A DNA stretch of 64,000 nucleotides from Candidatus Levyibacteriota bacterium (lineage in GTDB: Bacteria > Patescibacteriota > Microgenomatia > Levybacterales > GWA1-39-11): contig JBCLLY010000001.1 in NCBI GenBank assembly GCA_039738415.1, positions 53,621-117,620 of the forward strand, written 5' to 3'. The translations under genes and the position numbers were made by a program. This document shows positions 29,106 through 39,123 of this stretch, piece after piece; positions within the stretch are counted from its first letter, which is position 1; each line of letters starts with the position of its first letter. The notes below the pieces were generated by a model. That model searched no databases and was not told the origin of the DNA. It was given only the letters and a program-made list of their open reading frames with translations.

Positions 29106-29162
29106 AAATCAAAGATTAAAAATCAAATCTCAAAAATAAAAATCAAAAATCAAAAACTATCA

Positions 29163-29537
29163 TCATCTGTTTTTCTTCATAGTGATGATACTTGCCGCTA
29201 AAATATTGGCTAACTGTTCTACTTCATCAATTAAAGGGTTGATTTTTTCTGATGGAACCCTTTTTGTTTCTTTTAACAAAGTCAGCCAGTATTTTGCTTC
29301 ATTGGCACTTTTTAATGCATGAGTGTAAAAATTAATATAATCTCTTTTACTTGAGGCTGACTTTGCTTCGGTGATATTTGCCCCAATTGAAGTTGCACTT
29401 CTTATCAACTGATCTGCTATTACCCAACAAGAACGCACACTCGGCAAACTATCTGTTAATTCTATTACCTGAATTGAAAATTTAAAAGCTCTATCTAAAA
29501 AATTTTCTTTCTCTTTTTTTTGGTCTTTTATGTCCAT
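29163..29537 (-). CDS. four helix bundle protein
   Basis: IADQLIRSATSIGANITEA...ALKSANEAKYWL. Confidence 0.93.
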   Translation of the reverse strand: MDIKDQKKEKENFLDRAFKFSIQVIELTDSLPSVRSCWVIADQLIRSATSIGANITEAKSASSKRDYINFYTHALKSANEAKYWLTLLKETKRVPSEKINPLIDEVEQLANILAASIITMKKNR

Positions 29538-29570
29538 TTTTGAGATTTAATTTTTGATTTTTTATTTTCT

Positions 29571-30506
29571 TTATACCTTAGTATAGTATATTGACCGTCC
29601 TTTACCATAAGCAAAAAGAAGTCCCAATCCCGCTAAGCGGGATAAATCCCTTGAAGCAGTAACCTGGGCGACCTTAAACATTGTTTGGACTTGATGGTTG
29701 GTTATCTTGACCTCCGGAGATTCAAGGTAGCGTAATATCTCTCTTTGTCTTTCATTAAGCTGTAGGAGTTTAGTCGGCAGGGAAGAAGAAAACCGCCGTC
29801 TGACAATTTTATCCTCCATCTTGACTAAATGAGTCAAAACTACTTGGGTAAAATCTTCTAAAAAGGGGGTTAAAGCAGACTCGCTCTGCAAAAGTAAGCT
29901 TTCACTGTGGGCGAATAAGTCTTCCAATACTAAGAAACCTCTCATATCATAACCATGCTTGTATAAAAATAGATAAGAGGTGAGAATAGCAACACGTTCG
30001 TTACCTTGGCGGAATACCGGATCTTTGAGGAGTTTGATAAAGGCTAAACCGGATTGAATTACTGGTATTTCTTGACCAGCTTGGAGGTATTTGAGAAATT
30101 CTTCCAACTGTACAATAAAGTTTTCAAAATTGAGAACCCTTCCCAGAGTTGGTGCACAGGCTATATTGTAAAGCGCTAGTATCTCCTCAGATGTCACCTT
30201 CGACTTTGAAGCAATCCAGGTATGATGCAGAAAATCCAGGGCTTTTTTATAATTTATTAGTTCCTGCTCCTTAGTAGTGGTTTTTTTGGGATTATAAGTG
30301 GAAAGCAGATTAGCAATCTCTGTTTTGGTGATTGGCTCCTGTGTGGTTGTTGGTAATGAGTGAAGTCTATCTATCATTGTTTCCCATCTAAAGACAAGCT
30401 CGTCTTTTGGTGAGATAGGAGTTACAAGTAACTTCGTTCTCAGTAGGTCAATATCATCAATGGTTTTTTTTAACCTTGGTGAGAAACTATAACTTAAATT
30501 TAACAT
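29571..30506 (-). CDS. Fic-like protein with C-terminal HTH (degenerate Fic motif)
   Basis: DPVFRQGNERVA in place of HPFxDGNGR; LNERQ...TASRDLSRL...GKGRSIYY. Confidence 0.8.
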   Translation of the reverse strand: MLNLSYSFSPRLKKTIDDIDLLRTKLLVTPISPKDELVFRWETMIDRLHSLPTTTQEPITKTEIANLLSTYNPKKTTTKEQELINYKKALDFLHHTWIASKSKVTSEEILALYNIACAPTLGRVLNFENFIVQLEEFLKYLQAGQEIPVIQSGLAFIKLLKDPVFRQGNERVAILTSYLFLYKHGYDMRGFLVLEDLFAHSESLLLQSESALTPFLEDFTQVVLTHLVKMEDKIVRRRFSSSLPTKLLQLNERQREILRYLESPEVKITNHQVQTMFKVAQVTASRDLSRLAGLGLLFAYGKGRSIYYTKV

Positions 30507-30759
30507 AAAATTCTCTTTCTTTAAAAATCATACTTTAATGTCAAAAAGAAAGCAATAGGGTATCTTATCACTTTCTTATCATCCATATACTAAGCATAAC
30601 AAGAATTGTTAGTACAGTCTAAACCTAATTTATTGATAAGAATAAGATAAGTTAAAAATTACGTAATTATATCTTGACAGACCACTAATAATCATTAGAT
30701 ACTTAAAATAAGGTAATTTACATAGGTAATTACATAGGTATTGTGAGTAACATCGAACC

Positions 30760-33700
30760 ATGAACAGAGATCAAAAAATAATTGTGATAAGTAAGGCGGC
30801 CAAATTTTTGGGAGTATCTATTGATACGGTGCGCCGCTATGACAAACTGGGCATTCTGCACTCTACCCGCCCCGGCGGTAAAATTCGTTACTTTGATATT
30901 CAAGAATTAAAAGCAGTTAAGTCCTCAAAACCTTTTATCGCTAAATCCCACATGGAAGGAGTCCCGCTTCGCCGCGAGGCGAGCCGGAGGGACTCCTTCC
31001 ATGTGAGAAGAAGGAAAATGGACAGCCAAGTTATTAACGCCATGAATACCTGCGTCACAACTGTCATTCCAGACTTTCTTACCATGAGCCTGTTGAATGA
31101 GATCCGGCATCTACATAAATATTTATGGATTCCCACTTTCGGGGTAATAATAGCACTTTTGCTACTCCTCCTCTTTTCTACACAAGCTCAGCCAGCTACA
31201 GGAACTAACAAACAGATCAATTTTCAGGGAAAAGTTGTTAACATTAATGGTACCAATGTTACCAATGGCAATTATTCATTTGTGTTCAGCTTATATACGG
31301 TTTCCTCCGGCGGATCCGACATCTGGACAGAAACAAAAACACTCACCGTAACAGATGGCATTTTCCGTACAGCTTTAGGATCAACCACTGCTTTTCCCGG
31401 ATCGGTTGACTTTAACACCGATAATATTTACTTGGGGATTAACTTCAACAGTGACGGCGAGATGACTCCAAGAGTCCAGTTCACCGCCGTGCCTCAAGCG
31501 TTTAATGCGTTAAAGGTTGCAGGGCTGACTGTGACTGATACCACCGGCACTTTTACGCTGGCTGATGCCAAAACCTTAACTGTCAGCAACACTTTAACTT
31601 TTGCAGGTACAGACGCCACCTCTTTTACCTTCCCTAGTACTACTGGTGGGACGGTCATAACCAGCAATGCGCCAACCCAATCCATTACCTCAACCCAAAC
31701 ATCAGGTACTGTATTGAGTGTTTCTAACTCCACTGGACTAGAAGCAGCTATTAAAGGTCAAGTCATTACCCTCTCCGGTGCTAACGCTTTTGACCAAACA
31801 GGTCTAGAATTTAACTTATCAGGGGCAACCGGCGCTAACTTAAATGACATTGTGGGTTCTGGCTCCACTTGGAAAGTATCAAAAGCCGGAGTTATAACCG
31901 TTGCATCTTGTACCGGTTGCAGCGGCGGAACTACTTGGAACAACATTACCAACCCAACTGGTACTCAGTCACTCACCTTCGACGATGGAGAACTAACTGC
32001 CTGGACAGTAAACTCAAATACCGAAACTTTCCAGACTATTACCGCAAACTCCCTAACCACAGGTACCGGCCTGTATATCGCTTCATCATCACTCTCATCG
32101 GGTACTCTCATTAACCTTGTTATCACTGGTACAGCTGGACTTACTAACCAAAAAGGTATTAATGTTTCACTCTCTGGCGCTAATGGTGCTGGAGCTCAAA
32201 CTACTTACGGTGGTTACTTTAGCAATACTCACACTGGAACTTCTACCAATGTCGGCCTGTACGCCACAGCCACTGGCGGAACAAACAACTACGCCGCAAT
32301 ATTTGCAGGCGGCAATGTAGGCATCGGCACCACTACTCCGACTGAAAAACTCTCCCTTGCCGGGGGTAACTTCTTACACACTGCCTCAGGTAATCCGACC
32401 TTAAAAGGGACATATGATACGACCGGGAATGCGTATGGAGTATATGTAAGCGGAAAATATGCATATGTTGCAGATGATCTCTCAGGTCTTCAGGTCATTG
32501 ATATAAGTACTCCTTCTAGCCCCACGCTTGTCGGGACATATAATACCAGCGGGAATGCGTATGGAGTATATGTAAGCGGAAAATATGCGTATGTTGCAGA
32601 TGATGGCTCAGGTCTTCAGGTGATTGATATAAGTACTCCTTCTAACCCCACGCTTGTTGGGACATATGATACGAGTGGGCTTGCGCGGGAAGTATATGTA
32701 AGCGGAAAATATGCGTATGTTGCAGATTATGACTCAGGGCTTCAGGTGATTGATATAAGTACTCCATCTGCCCCCACGCTTGTTGGGACATACGATACGA
32801 GCGGGGAGGCGTATGGAGTATATGTAAGCGGAAAATATGCATATGTTGCAGATGTTGCCTCAGGTCTTCAGGTGATTGATATAAGCGTACCATCTAGCCC
32901 CACGCTTGTCGGGACATATAATACGAGTGGGCTTGCGCGGGGAGTATATGTAAGCGGAAAATATGCGTATGTTGCAGATCAGACCTCAGGTCTTCAGGTA
33001 ATTGATATAAGTACTCCTTCTAGCCCTACGCTTGTCGGGACATATAATACGAGCGGGGATGCGTACGGAGTATATGTAAGCGGAAAATATGCGTATGTTG
33101 CAGATATTGGGCCAGGTCTTCAGGTGATTGATATAAGTACTCCTTCTAGCCCCACGCTTGTTGGGACATATAATACGAGCGATCTTGCGTGGGGAGTATA
33201 TGTAAGCGGAAAATATGCGTATGTTGCAGATGGTGCCTCAGGTCTTCAGGTGATTGATATAAATGGCATCGAAACACCTTCACTTTATGCAGGAAATATA
33301 GCCACAAATGACCTTACAGTTACAGAAAATGCCGATATCGCCAACAACTTGTCTATCGGAAATGGCCTCAATGTCGGGTCTGGCGGAATATTCTCAGCAG
33401 GAACCATCGCCCTTGTCTCAACAGATGTTAGCAATTCCCTGATCATTACAGCAAACTCGGTGACTACAGCAACGAGTATCAAAGTTAATACTACCGGACT
33501 TACTACTGGCAATGCTTTGGAAATTCTGGGCCCCTCCTCAACCAACCTTCTGACTATCGGAAGAACAAATCAGGGCTTTCTTGATTTTGCCAGAGTATCC
33601 ATTGGAACCTCTCAACAGCGCGATCAACTTCATGTTCAAGGCCGCATCAATACCACATGGGATTGGATAGATGAAAGTTTCCTTGGCTCAATTGCAGGAG

Positions 33701-36144
33701 GTGGTGCGGCCACTGCAGTAACAGCTGATACTCTCGTACGTAGTTTTGTAATGGATGAGATAACCGAATGTGGTTGGCGTTTACAGCAGTCAACGGGTTT
33801 TTCTGCCATTCAAGCTCGTGCCGGAGATGCCGCCGCCACCGCCAATGATGGTTGTCGCACAGGCTCTGGAGGTCTTGTTGGTCTTCGCAAGAATGAAAAC
33901 CCGGTAATGGAAACCAAGGTTACGATGGACAGCACCGCCGAACATATTGTCAGAATCGGCTTTACCAGTGATGCGGCCGGCGCGGCTATTCAAACCGAGC
34001 CGGTTGACGGTGTCTTCTTCCGCAAAACAGCAGCGCAAACCAACTGGTTCTGCGTTACCCGGGCCACCAACACCGAAACTGCTGTTGATTCTGCCACCGC
34101 GATTTCCGCTAGCGGAACTTTCCAAACTCTTAGGATTGAGATTGAAAATACCGCCGACGACGGAGCAAGATTCTTCATTAATGGCACCTCAGTCTGCAGC
34201 AGTCCGATCTTGACTAACATTCCGACCGCCAATCTTGGTTGGGGTAACGCAAATGCTGAAACCAATATAACTGTCAAAAACCTATCTACCGATTACATAA
34301 AAGTCTGGCAAGACGCGCCACCAGAAGGAGCCGGAGCCTCCGCGCAAGCAACTGAGGCAGCGCCACAGGCTGCAGATATGATTGAGAGTGCCGATGTAGC
34401 GGAGTTTTATCTTGGTGACCCGACAATTCTTGTGCCAGGAACAGTCGTCAGTCTAAAAGATCCAACTAATTCTAATGAAACACGACCTAGTGTTGAAAAA
34501 TCACAAAGGGCGTACGATCCTAGAGCGTTAGGTGTAGTCTCAACCTCCCCCGGATTGACTTTGGGTAATCCCGGAGATGAAAAGGCTGTTGAGGTTGCTT
34601 TGGCGGGAAGAGTACCAGTTAAGGTATCAACTGAAAATGGACCGATTAGGGCGGGAGATTTATTAACTTCTTCTTCCCAGCTAGGAGTGGCGATGAAAGC
34701 CACCAAAGCCGGTCGGATTATTGGGCAGGCCTTGACTTCATATGCAGGAGAAGAGATCGGCACCGTACTGATGTTTATTCATAATTCGTATTCACAGGGA
34801 TCAAAATTAGCGGATATTTTGCCGGGGTTAACTTCCACCTCCGAGGAGTCAGAGCCCACCTCGGAGGTGTCTCTGGGCAAGCTTGCGCTGGCCCAGTTTG
34901 TTGCCGAGAGAGAGCAGTTGGCGCAAGCGGTGGATTTATCAGAAATAGTTACCGATAGAGTAAGCGCTGGACTTGAGGTGATTACGCTAAAACTTATCGC
35001 TTCGGAAGTTAATCTTGACAGTATTTCAGCGGCAACAGGAGAAGATATTGCCCTTAATCTAACAAGCAATGGTAAGTTTATAATCAAAGATGAAGAGGGA
35101 CAGACTGCCATAAGTTTTGATAGCCAAGGAAATGCATTCTTTAAAGGAACTGTATCAGCAGACAAAGTTAAAGCAAACCAGATAGAAGGGTTGGAGATAT
35201 TTACCAATAAATTGGCAAGCTTGAGTCAGCAAGTGGTCCAACTTCGCCAAGGCTTCGATGGACAAGCAGGAATTGCAACATCATCTGCTGTCATTCTGGG
35301 GACGAGTGAAACGAGGACACCAGAATCAGGATTCTTGACAAGCCAGAATGACCCCTCGACTACGCTCGGGGCAGGCAATATAGTTACCCTTGGTAACATC
35401 ATATTTAAGAGTGGAAAAGTTACCCTCGACCTCACAGTTTTGGGCAGACTTGAAACACAGGGATGGCTAGTAGTGGGTGGCCCAGCTGAGTTTAAAGCTC
35501 CTACCCTATTTGAAGCACTGGTTACATTTGTTCAAAATGTGATTTTTAGAGGTGATGTCAGTTTCCTTGGGAACGTAAAATATCTTTCAGATATAACGTT
35601 CCAAGGTCGACCAACCTTTAACAAAGACACCGCAGGCTTTGCCGTTATTTACAAAGACGCCGACACAGTAGAAGTTGTGTTTGAAAAAGAGTACGCCCAG
35701 ATCCCCCTGGTTAATATAAGTATTACTTTAGATGACTTATGTCATCCTGAACTTGATTCAGGATCTCAAGATTCTTTGGCTACGCCTCAAAATGACAATG
35801 AATGTAAAACCAAACAAGAGACACTTGAGCAAGCCATATTGAGTGGAGATATCCGATATATTGTTACAAAACGAACAACAAAAGGATTCATTATAAAAAT
35901 TAATAAAGTTGCACCAGATGATGTAAAGTTTTCCTGGAGTGCCTTATCTGTAAAAGATGCAAAGACGTTTCAGTCTGTCATTCTGGGGACGAGTGAAATG
36001 AGGACGCCAGAATCTGATTCTGGACAAGCCGGAATGACGGCGTCAAACCCTACGCCTACACCTACTTCTACACCGGAAGCTTCCCCTTCAGCTACTTTAT
36101 CAGATACTCCATCAGCTATCCCAACAAGCACAGCAACTCCTTGA
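30760..36144 (+). CDS. giant membrane-anchored fibre/adhesin-like protein: MerR-type HTH, TM, LVIVD beta-propeller, tail-fibre-like C-terminal domain
   Basis: ISKAAKFLGVSIDTVRRYD; TM; QINFQGK domain; 7 GKYAYVAD repeats; VALAGRVPVKVSTENGPIRAGDLLTSS. Confidence 0.85.
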   Translation: MNRDQKIIVISKAAKFLGVSIDTVRRYDKLGILHSTRPGGKIRYFDIQELKAVKSSKPFIAKSHMEGVPLRREASRRDSFHVRRRKMDSQVINAMNTCVTTVIPDFLTMSLLNEIRHLHKYLWIPTFGVIIALLLLLLFSTQAQPATGTNKQINFQGKVVNINGTNVTNGNYSFVFSLYTVSSGGSDIWTETKTLTVTDGIFRTALGSTTAFPGSVDFNTDNIYLGINFNSDGEMTPRVQFTAVPQAFNALKVAGLTVTDTTGTFTLADAKTLTVSNTLTFAGTDATSFTFPSTTGGTVITSNAPTQSITSTQTSGTVLSVSNSTGLEAAIKGQVITLSGANAFDQTGLEFNLSGATGANLNDIVGSGSTWKVSKAGVITVASCTGCSGGTTWNNITNPTGTQSLTFDDGELTAWTVNSNTETFQTITANSLTTGTGLYIASSSLSSGTLINLVITGTAGLTNQKGINVSLSGANGAGAQTTYGGYFSNTHTGTSTNVGLYATATGGTNNYAAIFAGGNVGIGTTTPTEKLSLAGGNFLHTASGNPTLKGTYDTTGNAYGVYVSGKYAYVADDLSGLQVIDISTPSSPTLVGTYNTSGNAYGVYVSGKYAYVADDGSGLQVIDISTPSNPTLVGTYDTSGLAREVYVSGKYAYVADYDSGLQVIDISTPSAPTLVGTYDTSGEAYGVYVSGKYAYVADVASGLQVIDISVPSSPTLVGTYNTSGLARGVYVSGKYAYVADQTSGLQVIDISTPSSPTLVGTYNTSGDAYGVYVSGKYAYVADIGPGLQVIDISTPSSPTLVGTYNTSDLAWGVYVSGKYAYVADGASGLQVIDINGIETPSLYAGNIATNDLTVTENADIANNLSIGNGLNVGSGGIFSAGTIALVSTDVSNSLIITANSVTTATSIKVNTTGLTTGNALEILGPSSTNLLTIGRTNQGFLDFARVSIGTSQQRDQLHVQGRINTTWDWIDESFLGSIAGGGAATAVTADTLVRSFVMDEITECGWRLQQSTGFSAIQARAGDAAATANDGCRTGSGGLVGLRKNENPVMETKVTMDSTAEHIVRIGFTSDAAGAAIQTEPVDGVFFRKTAAQTNWFCVTRATNTETAVDSATAISASGTFQTLRIEIENTADDGARFFINGTSVCSSPILTNIPTANLGWGNANAETNITVKNLSTDYIKVWQDAPPEGAGASAQATEAAPQAADMIESADVAEFYLGDPTILVPGTVVSLKDPTNSNETRPSVEKSQRAYDPRALGVVSTSPGLTLGNPGDEKAVEVALAGRVPVKVSTENGPIRAGDLLTSSSQLGVAMKATKAGRIIGQALTSYAGEEIGTVLMFIHNSYSQGSKLADILPGLTSTSEESEPTSEVSLGKLALAQFVAEREQLAQAVDLSEIVTDRVSAGLEVITLKLIASEVNLDSISAATGEDIALNLTSNGKFIIKDEEGQTAISFDSQGNAFFKGTVSADKVKANQIEGLEIFTNKLASLSQQVVQLRQGFDGQAGIATSSAVILGTSETRTPESGFLTSQNDPSTTLGAGNIVTLGNIIFKSGKVTLDLTVLGRLETQGWLVVGGPAEFKAPTLFEALVTFVQNVIFRGDVSFLGNVKYLSDITFQGRPTFNKDTAGFAVIYKDADTVEVVFEKEYAQIPLVNISITLDDLCHPELDSGSQDSLATPQNDNECKTKQETLEQAILSGDIRYIVTKRTTKGFIIKINKVAPDDVKFSWSALSVKDAKTFQSVILGTSEMRTPESDSGQAGMTASNPTPTPTSTPEASPSATLSDTPSAIPTSTATP
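32395..33262 (+). repeat. 7 x 126-bp coding repeats (LVIVD)
   Basis: GTATATGTAAGCGGAAAATATGC recurs every 126 bp. Confidence 0.93.
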
Positions 36145-36177
36145 CAAAGGTTCAAAAATACCCTACTCTAAATTAAG

Positions 36178-36876
36178 ATGAGAGTTAAATTTCCCTTAAA
36201 AAGGGTAGTATTTGCTTTAACAGCTGTTTTGATTATTACAGCGGCAAGCGCTCCTGCTTATTACTTTTATTATCAAAACCAAAAATCGCAGGAGCTTTTG
36301 AAAAATCCCACAGAGGCAGCCCGCGAGGAAGTAAGGGCTCTGATGGCAAAAGTTGGTCAGCTTTTAGAGCTACCGCAGGGGGAAGAACCCACTGTTGCTA
36401 CAGTTTCTGATAAAGAGAAGCTAAAAGACCAGTCCTTTTTCGCCAAAGCAGAAAATGGAGACAAGGTCTTAATTTACACCAATGCAAAAAAAGCCGTCCT
36501 TTATAGACCATCTACCAATAAAGTTATTGATATGGCGCCGGTTAATATTGGTGCTTCGACAACCACAGGATCGGGACAAGCTGCGCTCTCACAAACACAG
36601 CTACTCAGAGTTGCTCTCTACAACGGTACAACAACCACAGGTTTGACCAGAACAGCTGAGGCGGATATAAAAAGTAAGCTGACCAATATTGAGGTGGTTT
36701 TAAAGGAAAATGCTAAGAAAAATGATTATACTAAAACTTTGGTAATTGACATCTCTGGTATTAAAAAAGAGGTAGCTGTGCAGGTGGCAAAAATCCTGGG
36801 AGGCGAGGTGGCAGAGTTGCCCGATGGTGAAACAAGGCCGGATGCGGATATAATGGTAATTATTGGTCAGGACTGA
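36178..36876 (+). CDS. LytR C-terminal domain membrane protein
   Basis: EEPTVATV; RVALYNGTTTTGL...ADIMVIIGQD. Confidence 0.82.
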   Translation: MRVKFPLKRVVFALTAVLIITAASAPAYYFYYQNQKSQELLKNPTEAAREEVRALMAKVGQLLELPQGEEPTVATVSDKEKLKDQSFFAKAENGDKVLIYTNAKKAVLYRPSTNKVIDMAPVNIGASTTTGSGQAALSQTQLLRVALYNGTTTTGLTRTAEADIKSKLTNIEVVLKENAKKNDYTKTLVIDISGIKKEVAVQVAKILGGEVAELPDGETRPDADIMVIIGQD

Positions 36877-37209
36877 ATTTAATTTTCCTCCTTGTAATAA
36901 TCTTCTTTCCCAACGGACGCGGCCGCTACCGTCTTTTACACCAAAATCTAACCCCTGCCTAACCCATTCATGATTAATACCCTCTCAAGTTCCGTAAACC
37001 CCGCACCCACAACCTCACCACTCGCCTCGCTGAAGCTGGGGCGAAGCCAAGTCAGACTTGGCTTCGCCTAAGCGAAAAGTCAATCCCATAGAGTGAATCG
37101 AGAAGAATTAGTCCCTGAGAAATTGGCAAGGAAATTGGCAAGGACGGTCCTTGACATACCCATATGTTGCGGGGGGAAGAATTGAAAATTTCAAATTAAA
37201 AATTAATGC

Positions 37210-37845
37210 TTAATTTCCTTCCCGCAGCCATTTGGCACCGGCATAGACTAAAGGACTACTACTCATCCCCCAGATAATTTTAAAAATAAGATATGGAATT
37301 ATCATTTGTATAATAAAGCCAAATGTAAACATAGGTGTCAGCATATAAAAAGCTAAAAACATAAATACGAAAGTATCAATTGTCATAGACATAAAAGTCG
37401 ACAGATTTGTTCTGAGCCAAAGCATCTTTCCCTTGGTCTGAACTTTCCAAAAATTAAATGACCAGACATCGTGAAACTGAGAAAGAAGAAATGCTGTAAT
37501 TGAGGCAAAAACAATGCGTGCTGAAGTTCCAAATATAGTCTTGTATTCTTCATTATGGGCAAAACGGCTAGCAGGAGGCAATACGACAAATAGTATTATA
37601 AAAAATAAAAATACGATAAGAGTTATTACTCCCGCGATAATAAAATCGTGCGCTTTTTTCTTTCCATAAACTTCTTCAACGATGTCTGTAATTAGAAACG
37701 AAAGCGGAACTATTAAAAAGGCAACGGACACCTGGAACGGTCCGAACGGAACAATTTTTCCGCCCAAAACGTTCATGGCGATAAGAAACCCGATAAACAA
37801 ACCGAAAATTATATAAAGTCTTAATTCTTTTGAGATTGCAAACAT
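37210..37845 (-). CDS. queuosine precursor transporter (YhhQ/VUT family)
   Basis: FLITDIVEEVYG, RIVFASITAFLLSQFHDV, WLRTNLST..S..IDTFVF. Confidence 0.9.
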   Translation of the reverse strand: MFAISKELRLYIIFGLFIGFLIAMNVLGGKIVPFGPFQVSVAFLIVPLSFLITDIVEEVYGKKKAHDFIIAGVITLIVFLFFIILFVVLPPASRFAHNEEYKTIFGTSARIVFASITAFLLSQFHDVWSFNFWKVQTKGKMLWLRTNLSTFMSMTIDTFVFMFLAFYMLTPMFTFGFIIQMIIPYLIFKIIWGMSSSPLVYAGAKWLREGN

Positions 37846-38026
37846 GAATGCAATTCTAGCAAAAAATTAAGCTAATAACAATTGGATTGGAAAATTTGAA
37901 TTGCTGAATGTGAATGAGTGCCGTGTCCCGAATTGATATCGGGACACGGCACAGAACTTGCGAGCGATGGAAGGATGTGAGCCCTCCTGTTGAACTTCCG
38001 CTTGAATTGGCGTCTCCGGTTTTGGA

Positions 38027-38248
38027 TCAGATCTGTGAGCTGTTCGAACTCGTCTTGCCGACGAGGCAGATCTGGCAAGGCAGATCAGGCACAGTATCTG
38101 TCGGGCTAGGCTCAGGCACACATGGTATGAATGGTGGCTGACGTGGTCGTGAATCATCAGGGCATTGCGTTGATTGGTACGGTTGTGCGCTATCAGAACA
38201 CACAACCACTAGAAAAAGCACAAATAGTGCCGGGATGAAATACCGCAT
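38027..38248 (-). CDS. small Cys/Pro-rich secreted hypothetical protein
   Basis: AGGTAGGA before ATG, hydrophobic N-terminus, GC-rich. Confidence 0.4.
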   Translation of the reverse strand: MRYFIPALFVLFLVVVCSDSAQPYQSTQCPDDSRPRQPPFIPCVPEPSPTDTVPDLPCQICLVGKTSSNSSQI

Positions 38249-38459
38249 GATTGTCCTACCTTACAAGGATTGCAAGCGCCGTATCGTAGATTTCGCGCGA
38301 CGTGAATCGCGTGATGTGGGTCCTTCCGGGAACAACATGTACCCAAACGGCCACTTCGAGATTGCTCTCAAAAGGCACGCTAAGTCTGCTCCCCTTCGTA
38401 CCAGGCAAGATGTTTCCATCTTTGATGACGATTCCCCGGCGCATGCGCCTGAAAACCTT

Positions 38460-38620
38460 GAGTCATTCCCGCGAAAGCGGGAATCTATGTCCTGGATCCC
38501 GTATCCCATTCGACAGGTTCGACAAGCTCACTGCAGGCAAGCTCAGGGCAGGCAAGTACGGGATGACAAAACCTCTCGTCCCGCTTTGCGGGACTTTTGT
38601 CCGATACATATCGGACCTCG
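38460..38620. repeat. REP-like palindromes
   Basis: GTCATTCCCGCGAAAGCGGGAATC...GGGATGAC containing TTCGACAAGCTCA; GTCCCGCTTTGCGGGAC. Confidence 0.75.
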
Positions 38621-38783
38621 CAAGTTATTAAAGAACTAATTCCACCCCCCTAAGCACAGCAAATGCACTTATTCGAGTGAATTTATGGAAATATTCTACC
38701 ACAAAAGAGGCAAATAGTCAGATATACCTCCGAAGTGTATCAGGTAGGACACATCGGGATAAATTGAAATTGTAAAATTAAAT

Positions 38784-39123
38784 TGAGCCAAAAGGTCCCG
38801 CTAAGCGGGACGACTTACTCTTTATCCCAGTACAAATCGTGCTTACCCATGTGAGCCAACGGTCCCGCTAAGCGGGACGACTTGCTCTTTACCTGCCCGC
38901 CAATGCTTGAGCCGACTATCAGATTCGAACTGATGACCTACGCTTTACGAAAGCGCCGCTCTACCAGCTGAGCTAAGTCGGCATAGGCGAATGCAGGCAG
39001 GCGAAAGCGTTACCCCGCCTGCAACGCCCTGCTTGCAGTGGCGGGCAGGTCTACCAGCTGTCCGATGAGTGATTAATATCGCTATCGGACTCCGATCTCG
39101 CGCATCGGAGAGCTACATCGGCA
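38784..39123 (-). pseudogene. ghost tRNA-Thr halves enclosing the intact tRNA-Thr(CGT), plus an extra 3' half
   Basis: 5' half 39123-39002 (GCCGATGTAGCT..CAGCTGGTAGA..CGCTTTCG); 3' halves at 38891-38852 and 38824-38784. Confidence 0.75.
38910..38982 (-). tRNA. tRNA-Thr(CGT)
   Basis: GCCGACT/AGTCGGC acceptor, CGCT-TTCGTAA-AGCG anticodon arm, AGTTCGAATCT. Confidence 0.95.

Noticed and set aside
30760-36144. Prophage suggested by tail-fibre-like domain and excisionase-type HTHs
   Set aside because: No integrase, terminase, capsid or lysis genes; the protein has a TM anchor and cellular neighbours.
37846-37900. preQ1 riboswitch upstream of the YhhQ-family transporter
   Set aside because: TAGAAT lies 7 nt before the ATG, leaving no leader, and no preQ1 motif was seen.
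38235-38639. ORF-track 134-aa and overlapping ORFs; also 15490-15711 and 56746-56961
   Set aside because: Largely translations of GC-rich palindromes or tRNA sequence (e.g. SFPRKRES, FDKLT).
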